In this document: piece by piece, positions 27,228-39,980 of the stretch
How positions within the stretch are numbered: the first letter of the stretch is position 1
Layout: the number at the start of each line of letters is the position of its first letter
NCBI RefSeq assembly: GCF_009914755.1
Contig: NC_060946.1
DNA: 64,000 nt
DNA from: the human T2T-CHM13v2.0 reference genome, Homo sapiens
Direction: 5' to 3' (one strand)
Program-made: the position numbers and the translations under genes
Notes under the pieces: generated by a model
What the model was told of the DNA's origin: nothing
The model's input: only the letters and a program-made list of their open reading frames with translations
Databases searched by the model: none

Positions 27228-30200
27228 ACAAGGCCTTAGGGAAGGGTGGGGGTGCCACACACCATGGGCTGGTGCCCCCATCCTGGCTTTGCCTACCTAA
27301 GGCTCTGGGATTGGCAGGCATGGAGTTCCCCAGCCCTGAGCGTGGCAGGGGCAGGATGACAGACCCACGGTCCCCTAAGCCCTCCCTCCTCCACTTACAC
27401 CCTCGCCCGCCAGACCCCAGTCATTCTCCTGCCCTCAGGGCCTGGATTCAGCCCCACCCCCAGCCTCCTTGTAAGCCCGGCCTTATTAGTGCTGCTTCAC
27501 CCCGACTTTGCAAGTCAAATTCCGCATTACTGCGCTCCTGCTCTGTTTCCACCTTGATGCATGGAGAGCTGGAGAGCAGCTGGAGCAGAGAAGGCACTGC
27601 AATGAGGCGGCAACCCGTGCTGGCCAGGGGCCCCAGGGCCCAGAGCCAGGTGGGGTGGACCCCGAGGCCCTGTCTTTCCACAGGTGTCCAGGGTCACTCC
27701 CACCCCACCCTTGGCCTCCTGCTGGCTCAGCCCCACACCCCCACCAAACGGCCAGGCTCCGGGTGAGTGATCCTCAGGGCCCCCGCACAGGCTGTTCCCT
27801 CTGCACACAGGCTATCCCTGCCTTCCTGTCCAGCCAGTGGGTGGGGAGAAGCGAGTCCCTCCTTTCAGGGATTCTCAGGAACCGAGTGGCTATCAGGGTA
27901 TGCAGCTGTGATGCACATGGCAGGAGAAGACCTCAGACGCCACAGCCTAGCTCTCTGTGGGGCAAGTGTGTCTCAGCCTCTCTCTGAGGAGGGGAGAGCC
28001 CCTGGACTGGAGGGTGCCCTGCTCAGCTCTGCCTGGGTATTCTGTGGCTTGCAGGGTGGAAGGTGAAGGGCTGCAGGCGCTGGCCTTCCCAGGCCCCCCA
28101 CTGTCTGCCCAGCTTTTCCTTCTTTGGCAGCCCCAGTTCCTTCCTTATACCCAGTGGGACAGCAGGGCCCAGCCCTAGGGGCCGCAGGAGACAGACATGC
28201 CCCAACTGAGACAGACAATGGCCAGCATGGCAGGTGGCCCAGTCTCGGCCACCAGGACGTCCTAGGAGGTACGGCCCCTCAGCTAAGCTGGCTGTCCTTA
28301 GTGGCCCAGCTCTGGCTCTGGCTGGTCCTGTGAACTCAAGATGGCAGACACTGTTCCTGGTCTCAGGCCAGGTCTTGGGTGAAGAACGTTGGGTGTAGGA
28401 CCCTGTACCTCTCCTCCTGGAACACCCCCAGTGGCTGGCGAGGTCACTGAGGCTCCATCCAACGGGCAGCCTCCAGGGCAGCCCTCGCTCCTCCCTTGCC
28501 CTGGAGGTGGGCACGGGTCAGTGGAAGGATGGGACTGAGGGGCTGGGCCCTTCACCGACCCTGGAAGGTGGCTCCCTGTGGCCTTCCCTGCAGTTTCCTG
28601 GTCCACTGTGGTTCAGCCTAAGACACAGGTGAAGGCCTGGTTATCACTTGGCTGCTTTTGCCAAAAGAGTGGCTTCCAGTGAAATCCTTTGGCTGCCGAA
28701 AGGCAAAGTCACCCTCCCTCCCTGTGGCCCCAACACCTGCAGGGTTTGTCAGCAGAAGGTTTTCACGGTCCACTGGGCATTCGCGGGCCTTTGGCATCCT
28801 CGAGGGCCTGCCTTTGATTAGCACACACCCTTTGCTTGACCCAGAGGGTCCAGATGGCACTGGCTCCACGGCATGGCCTTGAGAATTGAGGCCGGCTTCG
28901 GCGAGGATGGTCCCACCTACTCTGGCCTTCAGGCCTTCACCAGGAGAGATTCAGGCTGCTGGCCCAGCCAGTCTCTGCAGGGACACCCCGGTGGGCCCAG
29001 GGAGGGACTGGGGTCAGCTGGGGCCCTGGACTCACAGTGGATCCCACTTCCCCCACGTCTTGCTTGGTTCTGGGCATAAGGGTCCTAGTTCTTAGGGCCT
29101 GGCCTGGCCCTCTCACTGCTCCCGGGAAACCTCGGGAAACATGGCAGGCTGTGTTCCCCATCCTCAGGCTCCCAAGTCGCTTCTGTCCAGTCCTCTGCTG
29201 GTATCTGTGACTCAGCACCATGACGGGGCCCTGTCCAGGGCGTCCTGGGCAGAAGGCAGCTCCGAGTGCACAGCGGGCACCCCCATGGACAGGCTGCGTC
29301 CATGTGCCACTCCTTGGCCGCCCTCTCTTCATCTGTAGTGATGACACAGTGACCCCCACCTGCAGGCCTGGTGGCACTGCTGTCACCAGGCACAGGGAGC
29401 CTGCCCCCAACCTGGGTGGTGTTGTGGGAGTGGCTGGGCAAGGAACGCTGCTATCCCTGCTGAGCTGGGTGGGCACTGATGGGCATGGGGACCTGGAGTG
29501 CTGACCCCTAGCCCTACTGTCGGCAGGCCACGCCTGCCCCTCTGGGGAACTGCTGTGTCCCCCTTGGCTGGCCTAGAAGTGCCTAGAAATGTCTTTTATG
29601 TGGGGAGTCGGTGGGTGAGGGCCCCACTGTCCCATCCCTTGAGGAAGGGAGGGCTCTGGGCAGGGTCTGCACCAATTCCCCAGTGCCTGCTGAGGCCTGT
29701 GGCTGCCTCAGGGACAGTGTCAGTCACCCCTTCACCCTGGCATAGGTGTCCTATTTCCAGAGTGTAGTGCTGGATGCTTCTGTTTGGCTGTGTTAATTGA
29801 GACCAGCTTTTACAGAATGAGCCTCATGGGGTGGGAAAATCTGCACAGCCTTGGTGTTTAGGGTAACCTGAAAGTGGAGAGTGAGCCTGGGGTGCAGTCT
29901 CACTCCCCCATGCCCCTGGGCACAGCTACCCACAGGCCCACAGCAGGCAGGCAGGACTGATGCCATCCTCCAGATCCCCCGACCAGGCCCAGAGGTGGGG
30001 CCAGGAGAGATCTGGGGAGTTGGTGCCACCAGATTTCCCAACCATGACAGGATGTCGGGGGGTGGGGGGCAACAGCAGGACTGCCCCAGGCTGGGTCCCC
30101 ACCCAAGTGAGGCTTGGTCGTGGCCTCATGGCCAGTTTGTCCCTCTGCGGATCTGGAGGGGTCCTCGGCTGCAGCAGGGGGCCCAGATGATCCTGACCTG

Positions 30201-31312
30201 GGGATGGGAAGGCCTCTGTCCGTGGTTCCCCAGCAGAGCGGGGCCTGTTGAGAGGAGCAGGGGATGGTCTGTTGAAGGAGTCGGTGAACGGAGAGGCATG
30301 CAGGGATGGATATGGACAGGGCGGGTGCTCAGACCCTACAGTCTGAGGTGGAGGGGTGGGGTTGGAGGCTGGAATGGCCGCGGGGGAGCCTAGAGGGGTA
30401 GGGCTGTGGCTCCACCACTGTTGGCTAAGGGACCTCAGGGAGGGCTTCAGAGGCTGGGGCCCTGGCTCCCAAGGCCTCAAGACCCTCCTGCTCCCCCTGA
30501 AGGTAGCAGTGACCGCCTCTCAGAAACCCCTGGCATCCCTGGAGGCTGCAGTCCCCCGCCCCGCCTCCACTCTTTCTCTCTGCTCTGTCATTTTTCAAAA
30601 ATAATTGTGCAGCAGCACCAGGCTGTCTCTGTGCCCCTCCTGTAGGTTGCCCTACCCCACCAGGTCCCTGGCTCGGCGTCCCCAGACTCTGCCAGGCTGG
30701 CCTCACCGTGTGTATCGAGGTGTTCTCCCTGCAAGGTCTTCATCATTCCCCAATTGCTCGCATTTATTTTTCTCCTTCCTTGGTGAGTGGCCCTGCCAGC
30801 CTCAGCCTTGTCTCTCCTTGGTGAGCGTCATTAATGCAGCTTCCGCGCCACGATCAGAGGGGGCTGCCCCCACCCTGCCGGCCCTGCCGCTTCTCCTCTG
30901 CCCGCCTCGGGATGGATGTTCATTTATTGCCCATAAATCTCTGCACAGCCCTTTGTAAAGACAAATTGGAGGCCTCCTGTTCCCCGGTGTTGGTTGGGCC
31001 GATCGGTGGTGGGTTTAATTGGCCCTTCCCGTGGAGGCTGCCCCTGCAGGAGAGGCTCGTTGTGGGCTGGGCCAGATGCACTGCGTCTGCAGAAGGGGCC
31101 ATTCTCTGCCCCTCATTTTGTCTAGCGTCTGAGGCTGGGCCATGTGCAGGGACAAAGTGTGGATCCTCCCTCGGGCTTCCAAAACATGGCCTCCCCGCAT
31201 TCACGTGGCCTGGCAGCAGCCCAGGCCCAGGCAGGGCCCTCTCTCACCCAGGGGGTGATGCCTGCAGCTTCAACAGCAACCTCCAGGAAGGAGGCGCATG
31301 GGTTCGTTGAGG

Positions 31313-32113
31313 TGATACAGGAGTGGAAGAGCTTGGTCCCTTGAAATGAATGATAGGGAAAAGGGGAAGTGCTGCGTAGAGGAGGGTGTGATCCCTGGCT
31401 GGGGCTCCATCCCACAGACCTAGGTGAGGACAGGCATTTTTGCATTTCCCAAGACCACCCTGGCCTGCCACACCCCCATCCTATGACTATAAAAACTCGC
31501 GAGACCCTGGCAGGCACGCACAAGCTGCTGGACGTGGAGAGGAGCGGATTGGCAGAGGAGCACTCAGGCGGCTGGACGTCGAGAGGAACGCACTGACGGG
31601 CGCCGGCACCCCGGCAGGCTACCAACCGGCAGCAGAATGACCTGGAGTTTGGCTGGGGCAGCCAGAGGAGAGCCCGGGCCCGACTCCAGGGGAAAACCGT
31701 CCCACTCCATCTTCTTCTGCCTTCCCCCATCTGCTACCTCCACTCAATAAAACCTTGCACTCATTCTCCGAGCCCACGTGTGGTCCAATTCTTACACCAA
31801 GGCAAGAACCTTGGGATGCAGAAAGCCATCTGTCCTTGCGATAAGGCAGGGCTCTAACTGGGGTTTAATTGAGCTGAGTAACAGAAGCCACCGATAGAGT
31901 TAAACTAAAACAGCAAAACTAAAAGAGCACCCTGTAACACGCTCACTGGGGCTTCAGCTATAAACATTCACCCCTAGACACTGCCGTGGGGTTGGAGCTC
32001 CACAGCCTGCCCGTCTGTATGTTCCCCTAGAGATTTGAGCAGCAGGGCACTGAAGCAAGCCACAACCCCATTGCATGTACTGTGAGGGGAACAAGGGGAC
32101 TTTTCCTGTTTCA
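31313..32113 (+). mobile_element. Solo ERV1 LTR, LTR1-family-like
   Basis: TGATAC...TTTCA termini, TATAAAA at 31488-31494, AATAAA at 31746-31751. Same family as 1391-2126 in the opposite orientation. No clean TSD seen. Confidence 0.85.
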
Positions 32114-33944
32114 CCAGCACACAGCAGGTGCCTAATAAACGCACAGCGAACTGGTCAGAGAGAGAGGGACCCTCCACCGAGCCCAGCCACTGCACAGGCT
32201 GGGAGGGCAGGACTCCTGCCGAGCTTGGCACCCTTTCCTGCACCCAGGTGGCTGTGAGCCTGGCCCTGCCCCGGTCAGCAGGCCTGTGCTGACCCCACAT
32301 GCAATCTGCTGTTGGTGCCAAGGAAGTGCTACCTGTGCAGCTCTCAGAATGTCAGGCTGGGTGCTCCTCCACTGAGGTCAGGGTCAAGAGACCCTAGGCC
32401 AGCTCTGGGGGGCCCACAGGGCGTGAGGGGGGTCCAGGCAGCCAGCCCGGCCCAGCCTGGTTCCACTGCTTACTGTGTGGCCTTGGGGGGCTCCCTTGGC
32501 TTTCTGGGGCCTGGGGAACCAGGCGCGAGCTTGGTCCTGTGGTCTGAATCCAAGAAGACAGGTTGTGGGTGGGGACATTTGGAGGGAGGGACAGCCTCGG
32601 CCTCAGCTTTGGGACCGTGTGGCAGAAGCACCCTGTCTGGCCCTCTATGAGCTCCTCCAGGGCTGGGCCCAAGCAGGGACCTCTTCTTCCATGAGGGTTT
32701 ACTCATTCCTCAAAACAGGCACAAAAGCAGAGGGCTGTTGAGGGGTAGTGACCTGCCCCTGGCTCTGGCCATGCGGGTCTGGGCACTGTGGATCCACTCC
32801 ATGGCCACCTGGCTGGGTGAGGACCAGCCTGGAGGATCAGGAAGAGCTTCTTGGAGAAGGGAGTGGTGTCAGAACTGAATACTGAGCAAAGAGGAAGGAC
32901 CAAGAAGAAGATCCTAAGGAGTTCTGGGGCTGGGGGCTGGGGATTGGGAGCAAAAGGAGAGATGAGGCTGGACAGGTGCCTGTTCCTCCACCCACTGGCT
33001 CAGGACTCCAGGCATGGCCCAGCAAGGGTCCCCTGCCCCTGGGAGCAGGACTCCCCTGCAGCAGACAGAGGCAGGTGGGGAGTGCGACGCACCTGGAAGG
33101 GGCTTCCGGAGAGGTGTGCCCTGGCAGAGCCCCACCTCCCCCAGGAAAAGACAGTAGCACCAGGCCCCAGCCCTGGAGAAGCCTGACCAACCAGAGAAGT
33201 CCCACGGCCTCCTCCATGGAGTTTGGGGCTCCTCCTCTAGACCTGGGATTGGCACTTTGGGGTCAGGCCAGCTGCTGGGGAGCCCTGGGCCCCGACACAT
33301 GCACCCTCCCAACAGGAGTGGGGCTCCGGGGGCCACTGGGCTCATGCCCATCGCAGCCACTCTCCAAGGCCTTGGCATAATGGGATCCTTGAGCTGCTGT
33401 GCCCGGCGGGGTGGGGGGGGATGGGCTGAGATACACCCTTTGCTGACAGTGGCCATTGCACTTTTCCCACCCAGGCCTCATGTGGGGAGCCCTGCCAAGC
33501 CCAGGCTGTGGTGTACACAGGGGCTGGGCTGCAGGGCAGGGCTCCGGAGCGGCCTAGCCCAGAGCAGGGTGGGAAAGGAGCCAGCTGGGGTCCAGGCAGA
33601 ACAGAGGCCAAGGCCACCAGTGAGAAATCTGGGCATGAGGGTGGCCACCAGGCCGGCAACGTGGGGGAAATTGAGTTGAGGGCTGGGCCTCCTCACTGTG
33701 GCTGGAGGCGGCCCAAAGGCCAGCTGACCAGACACAGAGCTGCCTCAGTCACAGAGGTGCCACAGCTCAGGGTGCCACCCCGAGTGACATCCCTAGGCTG
33801 ACTGACACAGTGGAGGGAATTGACACCCAGGGTCTTGTGATGTCCCCGGGCACTGGGATGGAGAAGCAGAGCAGCACTCTGGAGCACAAACACAGTTGGC
33901 AGCGAAGGGTCTGCTCCCGCGTGGCCTCGGGCCCAATCCTGCCT

Positions 33945-34040
33945 GACATGTTGCTTCATGTCTCTGGGCCTCCGTTTCCTCATCTGTGCCCTGGGGACAT
34001 TAGCAGTGTCTTCCTGCGGGGATGTGAGTGTGAGGTGCCC
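33945..34040 (+). mobile_element. MIR fragment
   Basis: TCTCTGGGCCTCCGTTTCCTCATCTGT core. Confidence 0.65.
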
Positions 34041-37000
34041 TACCACCCCAGGGAGGCTGTGAGCTGCAGGCAGCCCGGCAGTGAGGAGCCCCCACCCCTG
34101 CCGCCGCCGCAGTGGCCCGCCCCGGGCCCCAGCTCACACCACAAACACTTGCCTCCCTCTCAACTTGTTTCCGGCATGTTCTCAGTCTCGCTGGATGTTA
34201 GTTTACCATCGGCTGCTGAACATTCGGCAGCTTCTATTATTTCAGAACTAATTTAAGGATTAAAAAGTAATTCTCCCAATTACTAGGCAAAGCCCTGGGC
34301 AGCCAGATAAACAGGGGGCAGGCGCTCCCATCCAAGGACAGGGCTGCTCCTGCAGCCCTGGGCAGACAGGTGTGCAGGGCAGCTCTGGTGCAGCTCAGCC
34401 CCCAGGGCCGCAGGGGTGGAGTCGGGGTGGTTGAGAGGAATCCCCAGGAGCAGCCCAGCCTGGGCCCGACATCTGAGGGTTGCTTGCCCCTATCCCCCAC
34501 CCAGGTCGGCTACAGCCACCTAGTGGTGAGCCCAGCCCCAGCTGTCACCTCCACCAATTGTGCTGGGTGGTGCTGCCCTGGCTAGGCCTGCAACACAGGG
34601 ACAGGCCCATGAGCTGTGAAGGATTCGGTCCACAGGGCCCCCTGGGGCTGGCCAGGCATCTTTGGACGGGGCCAGGAGAGTCTGTGGTAGACCAGCAGCC
34701 CGCATGGGGTGGGGGCCAGGATTCGATACCCTCAAGGCTGATTCACGCAGCTTTAATTAGCTTTCTGCACCTGCTCTGGGGTCTGGGTGATCAAGGCTGG
34801 ACACCAGCTGCCACCCCCAACCCCTGCCTGGTCCAGCACCTGACCTCAGGGGCCCAGCCGGCCGGGGCTGGTCAGGCAGAGCTGGGGAGTGCCGGGGTCG
34901 GCGCAGGAAGGAGCTGAGTCCCTGGGCCCTGGCCCAACGCCCCGCCCACTCCGGGCCCCTCGTCAGCAGCGGCCGGCCGGTGAGCTCATCTCTTCCTGGG
35001 CTGTAAATATCACCCAAGTGCTCACGACTCCCAAATGTGTCCTCCAGCCGGGCCCCTCTGCTGAGCTCAGCCTGCACAGCCCACGCGACACCCCCGCCCA
35101 GATGTCTCCTGGGCCTCGACAAAGCGGCCGCTCCTCTCGGCGCCCCCACCTCAGGGACGGGCGCCCCGTGCCGGCTGCTCAGGCCTGGGAGCCCTGCCTG
35201 CCGCCTCCACCCCATGGGAGCGTCCATGCATCCTGCTGAGTCCAACTTAAAACTCGTCCACTTCCTTCCGGATCCTCTCACCCCGTCCTCAGGTCTGGTT
35301 GGACTGTGCCCAACTCCCCACCCCTGCCACTGCACAGGCCCCCACTGTGGCCTGGAGGGGAGGGTGCAGAGCCCTGAGGGCAGCTGGTGGTGACAGTCAG
35401 CCCCGAAGCTGGCCTGAGGGCGACAGGTGCCTGCTTCTTAGTTAGGAGTGGGCCCAGCAGAGGTAATGAACTCCTTGTCCTGGGAGGTGTGCAAGCTGAG
35501 GCAGGATCTGCTGTCCTTCCACAAGCCATTGAGGGCGCCAGCATCCACTGCAGTTGGGTCACTCAGGTGGGGCTCAAGGCTCTTTGGAAATGGGTGGCTT
35601 CGGTTTCCTGGCTCTGACTGCAAGGAGCCCCCAGCCTCAGCTGAGAGCACTAGCCCAGATCCAGCAGTTTAGCTGCCTCTTCTCAGGCATGACAGGGGCC
35701 ACTTGGGAGAAAAACTGAATAAAACCCTGCCTATGCCAGTGCCCAGGCACAGCCTGGCAGAATCCTGGGCCTGGCTGTGGGGTCACAGAGACTGGGGGTG
35801 CCAGGGGTGCTGATGGTAGGGCTCCAGGCACAGGACAGAGACTGCACAACATTTTGACATCAGGCCATCCATGGAGAGGCCTCTGCTGGGGCTGCCAAGG
35901 GTCTCCTGGGCCCAGAGGGGCTGCAGAGGGAGCCCTGGGCAAACAGCACCCCACCCCGGCAGGGCTGCCCTGCCTGAGCTGCCCCCAGCCTTGGGGCAAG
36001 GCTGCCGGCCCTGGATCTCAGGTGAGCAGAGGGGCAAACTGCAGGTGGAGGTGTGCGCAGCCACACGGGGGGCCTCAGCACCTGTGGGCACAGGCACAGG
36101 GTCTCTCAGGAGAGACAGGACATGTGGGAGGACCCTGAGGAGGGTACAGGCCAGACAGGACCACTGCATCCTGGCTCTGCCCTGTGCTTGATGGGAGGGG
36201 TCTGAGCCTTGGGCCGCAGCACAGGCACAGAGAAGCGGGCGGAGGAGCTGGGGCCTTGGCTGCTAAGCGCGTCCTCCCCGCTTCTTCTCCCTCCTTCTCC
36301 TCCCCCCAGGCTTCTGGAGCCCCGGCCGCCCCCACGACCATCTGGCTTCACCAGCAACGCTCCCCCACACCCTCCCCCACGTCACTGTTTTTCTCCCTCT
36401 CCCCCTCCCCAGCCACTGCCCTGGCGGGGAGGGGGCCCTTTCCTGGGAAGGCTTCCTGGCCACGTGGCCCTTCCCTTTTGTTTCTGAGTCCTCTTCGGCC
36501 CAGGCCGTGGGAAAGCGTGCCTGTGCATATTTCTGCCTGTGCATATTTTTGCCTGGATGCGTGTGCTGCTCTCGAGCCCCCGGTGCCTGCATGTGTGTGG
36601 ACATGTGTTCCCTGCCCTGCTGTGTGTGCATGCGTGTATGCATACATGGGTGCAGGGACATGCAGACCCACCACGGCCTATGTTTGGGGTGTGGGCATGC
36701 TGTAAGTGGGGGTGCCCCAGACACGCATGTGGGTTCTAGTGTGACCACCAGCAGCGGTGTGAGGGTGCATACAGCCCCCACTGGGCCTTGAGGCCAGGCC
36801 TGACCCGCCCGACTCTCCTTCAGGGCCTTCCTCTCCTGCCACCCACCAGGGGTAGGAACAGGGTCCCTCATCCTCAGCCTCCTCCTGGGGGCTGCCCGGG
36901 CAGCCTGATTGGGGTGGGGGGCCCGAGAGCAACTGTCCCCACAGGGGCTGCTATGTCCAGACCCATGGACCTGGCATGTGCTCCATCAGCCAGGCTCAAC

Positions 37001-37206
37001 GACGTCAGCCACCAAGCATGCTCCATCTGTGCGGCTGGGGGGCCAGGGGCACCTGACATTGGAGCTGCCCTTGGCCAAGGCTGTCCCACCTGTGGTGCCA
37101 GGCAACTCCCTTCCTCTGGGGGCCTTGTGATGGGGGAGAGGCTGCCCGTCCAGCACCCACCCCTGCTTCTCACCGCCCACAGCACCCTAGCCTGAGAGGC
37201 CACAGC

Positions 37207-37502
37207 TTAAGAAAAGAGCTCTTTATTCCACGTCGTCCGATATTTTTACACAAGTAAAATAAAATGCATATCTCTATATACCGCGATCTGGGTGGGAGGC
37301 GGCGTTCTGGAACAAACGCTGCCGCCGAACCCTGTAAACATGATGGGGTGGAGATGGGGGTGGCGGGCGGCAGGCGTCCATCAGGGAGGACCTGGCCTGG
37401 CCTGCCCCACGGGTCGGCCGCCCGGCTGGCTTGGCGGCGTGGAGAGAGACCCCGTATGTACACACACCTGGCTGCTGAGCACGCTCTTGTGTCCGCTGGG
37501 GG
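37207..37502 (-). other. RTN4R: RTN4R 3' UTR
   Basis: Lies between the TGA stop (37505-37503) and a cleavage site inferred ~15-20 nt past AATAAA. The 3' end is approximate. Confidence 0.9.
37222..37227 (-). terminator. RTN4R: RTN4R polyadenylation signal AATAAA
   Basis: Plus-strand tttatt = AATAAA on minus, ~275 nt after the stop and preceded by a U-rich stretch. Confidence 0.92.
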
Positions 37503-38900
37503 TCAGCAGGGCCCAAGCACTGTCCACAGCACCAGCGCCAGGCCCAGGGGGGTGAGGCTGCAGGTGAGGCTGGGTAGGGCACCTGAGCCTTCTGAGTCAC
37601 CAGTCCCGCCACCCCCGCTGCCTGCCTGGCCCAGACGGCAGTGGCTGCGGGTGCGGTTCTTGCGTGAACAGCCTGGCCTCCGGCGAGGGCCCGAGGTGGG
37701 GAACCCTGGTGGCTCGGAGCCCTCGGGCCGCACTGCAGTGAGCGGGGGCTCAGCAGAGCCAGGCAGAGTCCCAAAGGGTGAGTCATTGATGTGCCGTGGG
37801 CCAGAGCCGTTGCCCGGCGGGCTGTCACCGGGCGGCACGCGTCCCTTCAGCGCATTGCCTGCCGAAGCTGGTCTTCCAGGCTCCAGTACTGAGGCCTTGT
37901 CAGCGGCATCTGGCTGGCAGCACTTGGGAAGCCCCAGCGGCTCCTCATCGGTGGCCCTGCCGGTCCAGATGGGATGGTAAGGGCCGGTGGCCACAGCGCA
38001 GCCCTGCAGGTCATTGGCAGCTAGGCGTTTGAGGTCACGGCCAGCCAGGCGTTGCGGGAGGCTGCAGGGCACCTCGGAGGAGGAGCCGCGGAACTTCTGC
38101 AGCCAGGCCCAGAGTGGGCGTGCCCGGCAGTCACACACCCAGGGGTTGTCGTTGAGCCTCAGGTACTGCAGGGCACGCAGGGGGGCCAGGGCCTCAGTGG
38201 GCAGCGCTGATAGATTGTTGGCAAACAGATAGAGTGTCATGAGGCGGCCAAGGTCACGGAAGGCATGCGGGTGCACATGGGCCACGCGGTTCTGGTGCAG
38301 TAGGAGACGGTCGAGGCTGTGCAGCCCACGGAAGGCGCGCTCGGGCACGCTGGAGATGCGGTTGCCGTGCAGGAAGAGGTGTGTGAGGTTGCCCAGGTCG
38401 CGGAAGGTGTCATCAGGCAGTGCCTGCAGCGCGTTGTCCTGCAGGTAGAGGTACTGCAGGGCAGCCAGGCCGCGGAACAGCCCCGGGCCCAGCTCCTGCA
38501 GGCCGCAGCGGTCCAGGTGCAGCGTGTGTAGGCGGCCCAGGCCGTGGAATGTGGCAGGGTCCACAGACCGGAGCTGTGCATTATCGCTGAGGTCCAGCTG
38601 CTCCAGGAGGGCCAGGCCAGTGAAGGCAGCCGCATCAATTCGGGCCAGCACATTCGAGTGCAGCCACAGGATGGTGAGGTTGCGGCAGGCACGGAAGCTG
38701 GCAGCTGGCACATGCGAGATGCGGTTGCCGTGCAGGAAGATGCGCTGGCTGGCAGCAGGGATGCCCACGGGCACAGCCTGCAGGCCCTGCTGGGGGCAGC
38801 TTGTCGTCACCTTGGGCTCATTGTAGCATACGCAGGCACCTGGGCATGGGGCTGCCACCTGCCAGGCCTGCAGCCACAGCACCCATGCCAGCAGCCGGCT
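37280..38900. other. CpG-rich gene-body segment over RTN4R exon 2
   Basis: CpG density is visibly much higher than in the flanks (not computed). Confidence 0.7.
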
Positions 38901-38902
38901 CC
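37503..38902 (-). CDS. RTN4R: Reticulon-4 receptor (Nogo-66 receptor 1, NgR1), coding part of exon 2 (residues ~8-473 plus stop)
   Basis: The translation matches human NgR1 as I know it: remainder of the signal peptide (..[18 protein letters not shown]), LRRNT CPGACVC, eight LRRs, LRRCT NPWVCDC, stalk and hydrophobic GPI-signal C-terminus ([14 protein letters not shown]). The acceptor ...cccacAG|GG lies at 38904-38903. These 1400 nt plus the 22 nt of exon 1 (outside the window) give 1422 nt = 473 aa + stop. The ORF-track 'M' at 38882 is a GTG (Val), not the real start. Confidence 0.99.
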
Positions 38903-38930
38903 CTGTGGGCAGAAGACAGAGTGGTTAGCA
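38903..38930 (-). promoter_or_regulatory. RTN4R: 3' splice site of RTN4R intron 1 (branch point, pyrimidine tract, AG)
   Basis: Minus strand reads tgCTAAC-cactctgtcttctgcccacAG|GG: a consensus branch point ~22-28 nt upstream of the exon, and the phase fits Gly8. Confidence 0.93.
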
Positions 38931-39926
38931 GGAAGGGCAGGGGTACTGGAGAAGCTGGAGGTTTTGCTAGAGCCAGGTGGGCCCCGGAGATTGGGTCTCA
39001 GGAGGACCTGGGGCTGGGTCCAAGATGTGGCCACCACCCCCGGGAATCGCAGTGTTGGGATCCCTGCTTCACAGGCCTCATGGACGATGCTGGGCTAGAA
39101 CATGCCTTGGAGCCATGCACTCCACCCTGGAAGCCACATCTGCAGACTCCCCATACCACACCCAGGAGCAGCCCACTGGGTCACCAGGGGCACTCACTTG
39201 AAGGCCTCCTGGAATGGACACTGGTGACTGCAGGTACCTCCTCAGGACTCCAGTGAACACAGAGCCCGCATTGCAGGAGTCCCCGGGGGGTCCCAGTGGG
39301 GGTTCCACCCACAGGGCCTAGGAAACACTGCAATGGGGCTGGGGTCCCTCTGGGCACGTCTATCTCAAAAACGGGCGCCTGGATGCCCGAGGGCGGGGGT
39401 GGAGGGCAAGTGTGTCCAGGGCTTAGGAGGAGTCGCGTCCCACAACCACCCAGGCAGCCTGCTCCCTCCTCCACACATCCTCCTTTCAAGCACTTCCTGA
39501 CTTGGCAGGAACCCTCCTGAAGCCTCCGCCCCCTGGCCTCATTCTCTGCTCCATCTCCTCCCTGGGAGGAGTTCACTCCTCCCCAGCCAACCCCTGCAGT
39601 GCCAGCTGCCTGCACCCCTCCCACCCAGACGCCATCAGCAGGGATAGCCTCCCAGTGGGTTCTCCCCCAGCCCCAGGTGCCTGCAACCCCTCCTCCATTA
39701 CAGGGCCAGATACACCTGGGGCTTCACCAAGGCCCTACATGGGCAGTAGTCCCTCCCGGGGTGCCGCATCCAGAGCTGGTCTCACCAGCGGGGTCACCCA
39801 CTCCGGAGTAAGCTTTCCTGCCTCTCATTCCACCATTGAGCCCCCACCCCTTTGGAATGCTGAAGATTCTTTCTGCCTTCAGCAGTGAGTCTATTAAAAT
39901 GTGAATCCCCCTGGGAAGGTTATGGC

Positions 39927-39980
39927 TTATCAGCTAACACTTGAGTTATCAGCTAACACCTGCGTTGACAGCTAACACCT
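39927..39980. repeat. 19-bp tandem repeat, ~3 copies
   Basis: TTATCAGCTAACACTTGAG / TTATCAGCTAACACCTGCG / TTGACAGCTAACACCT. Confidence 0.85.

Noticed and set aside
37264-39098. Plus-strand and alternative-frame ORFs overlapping RTN4R exon 2
   Set aside because: Shadow ORFs of a GC-rich coding exon with no recognisable domains.
39191-39200. Minus-strand donor-like CAA|GTGAGT suggesting a cassette exon just upstream of exon 2
   Set aside because: Such hexamers occur by chance in a 25-kb intron and I could not define a matching acceptor. It needs RNA-seq junction evidence.
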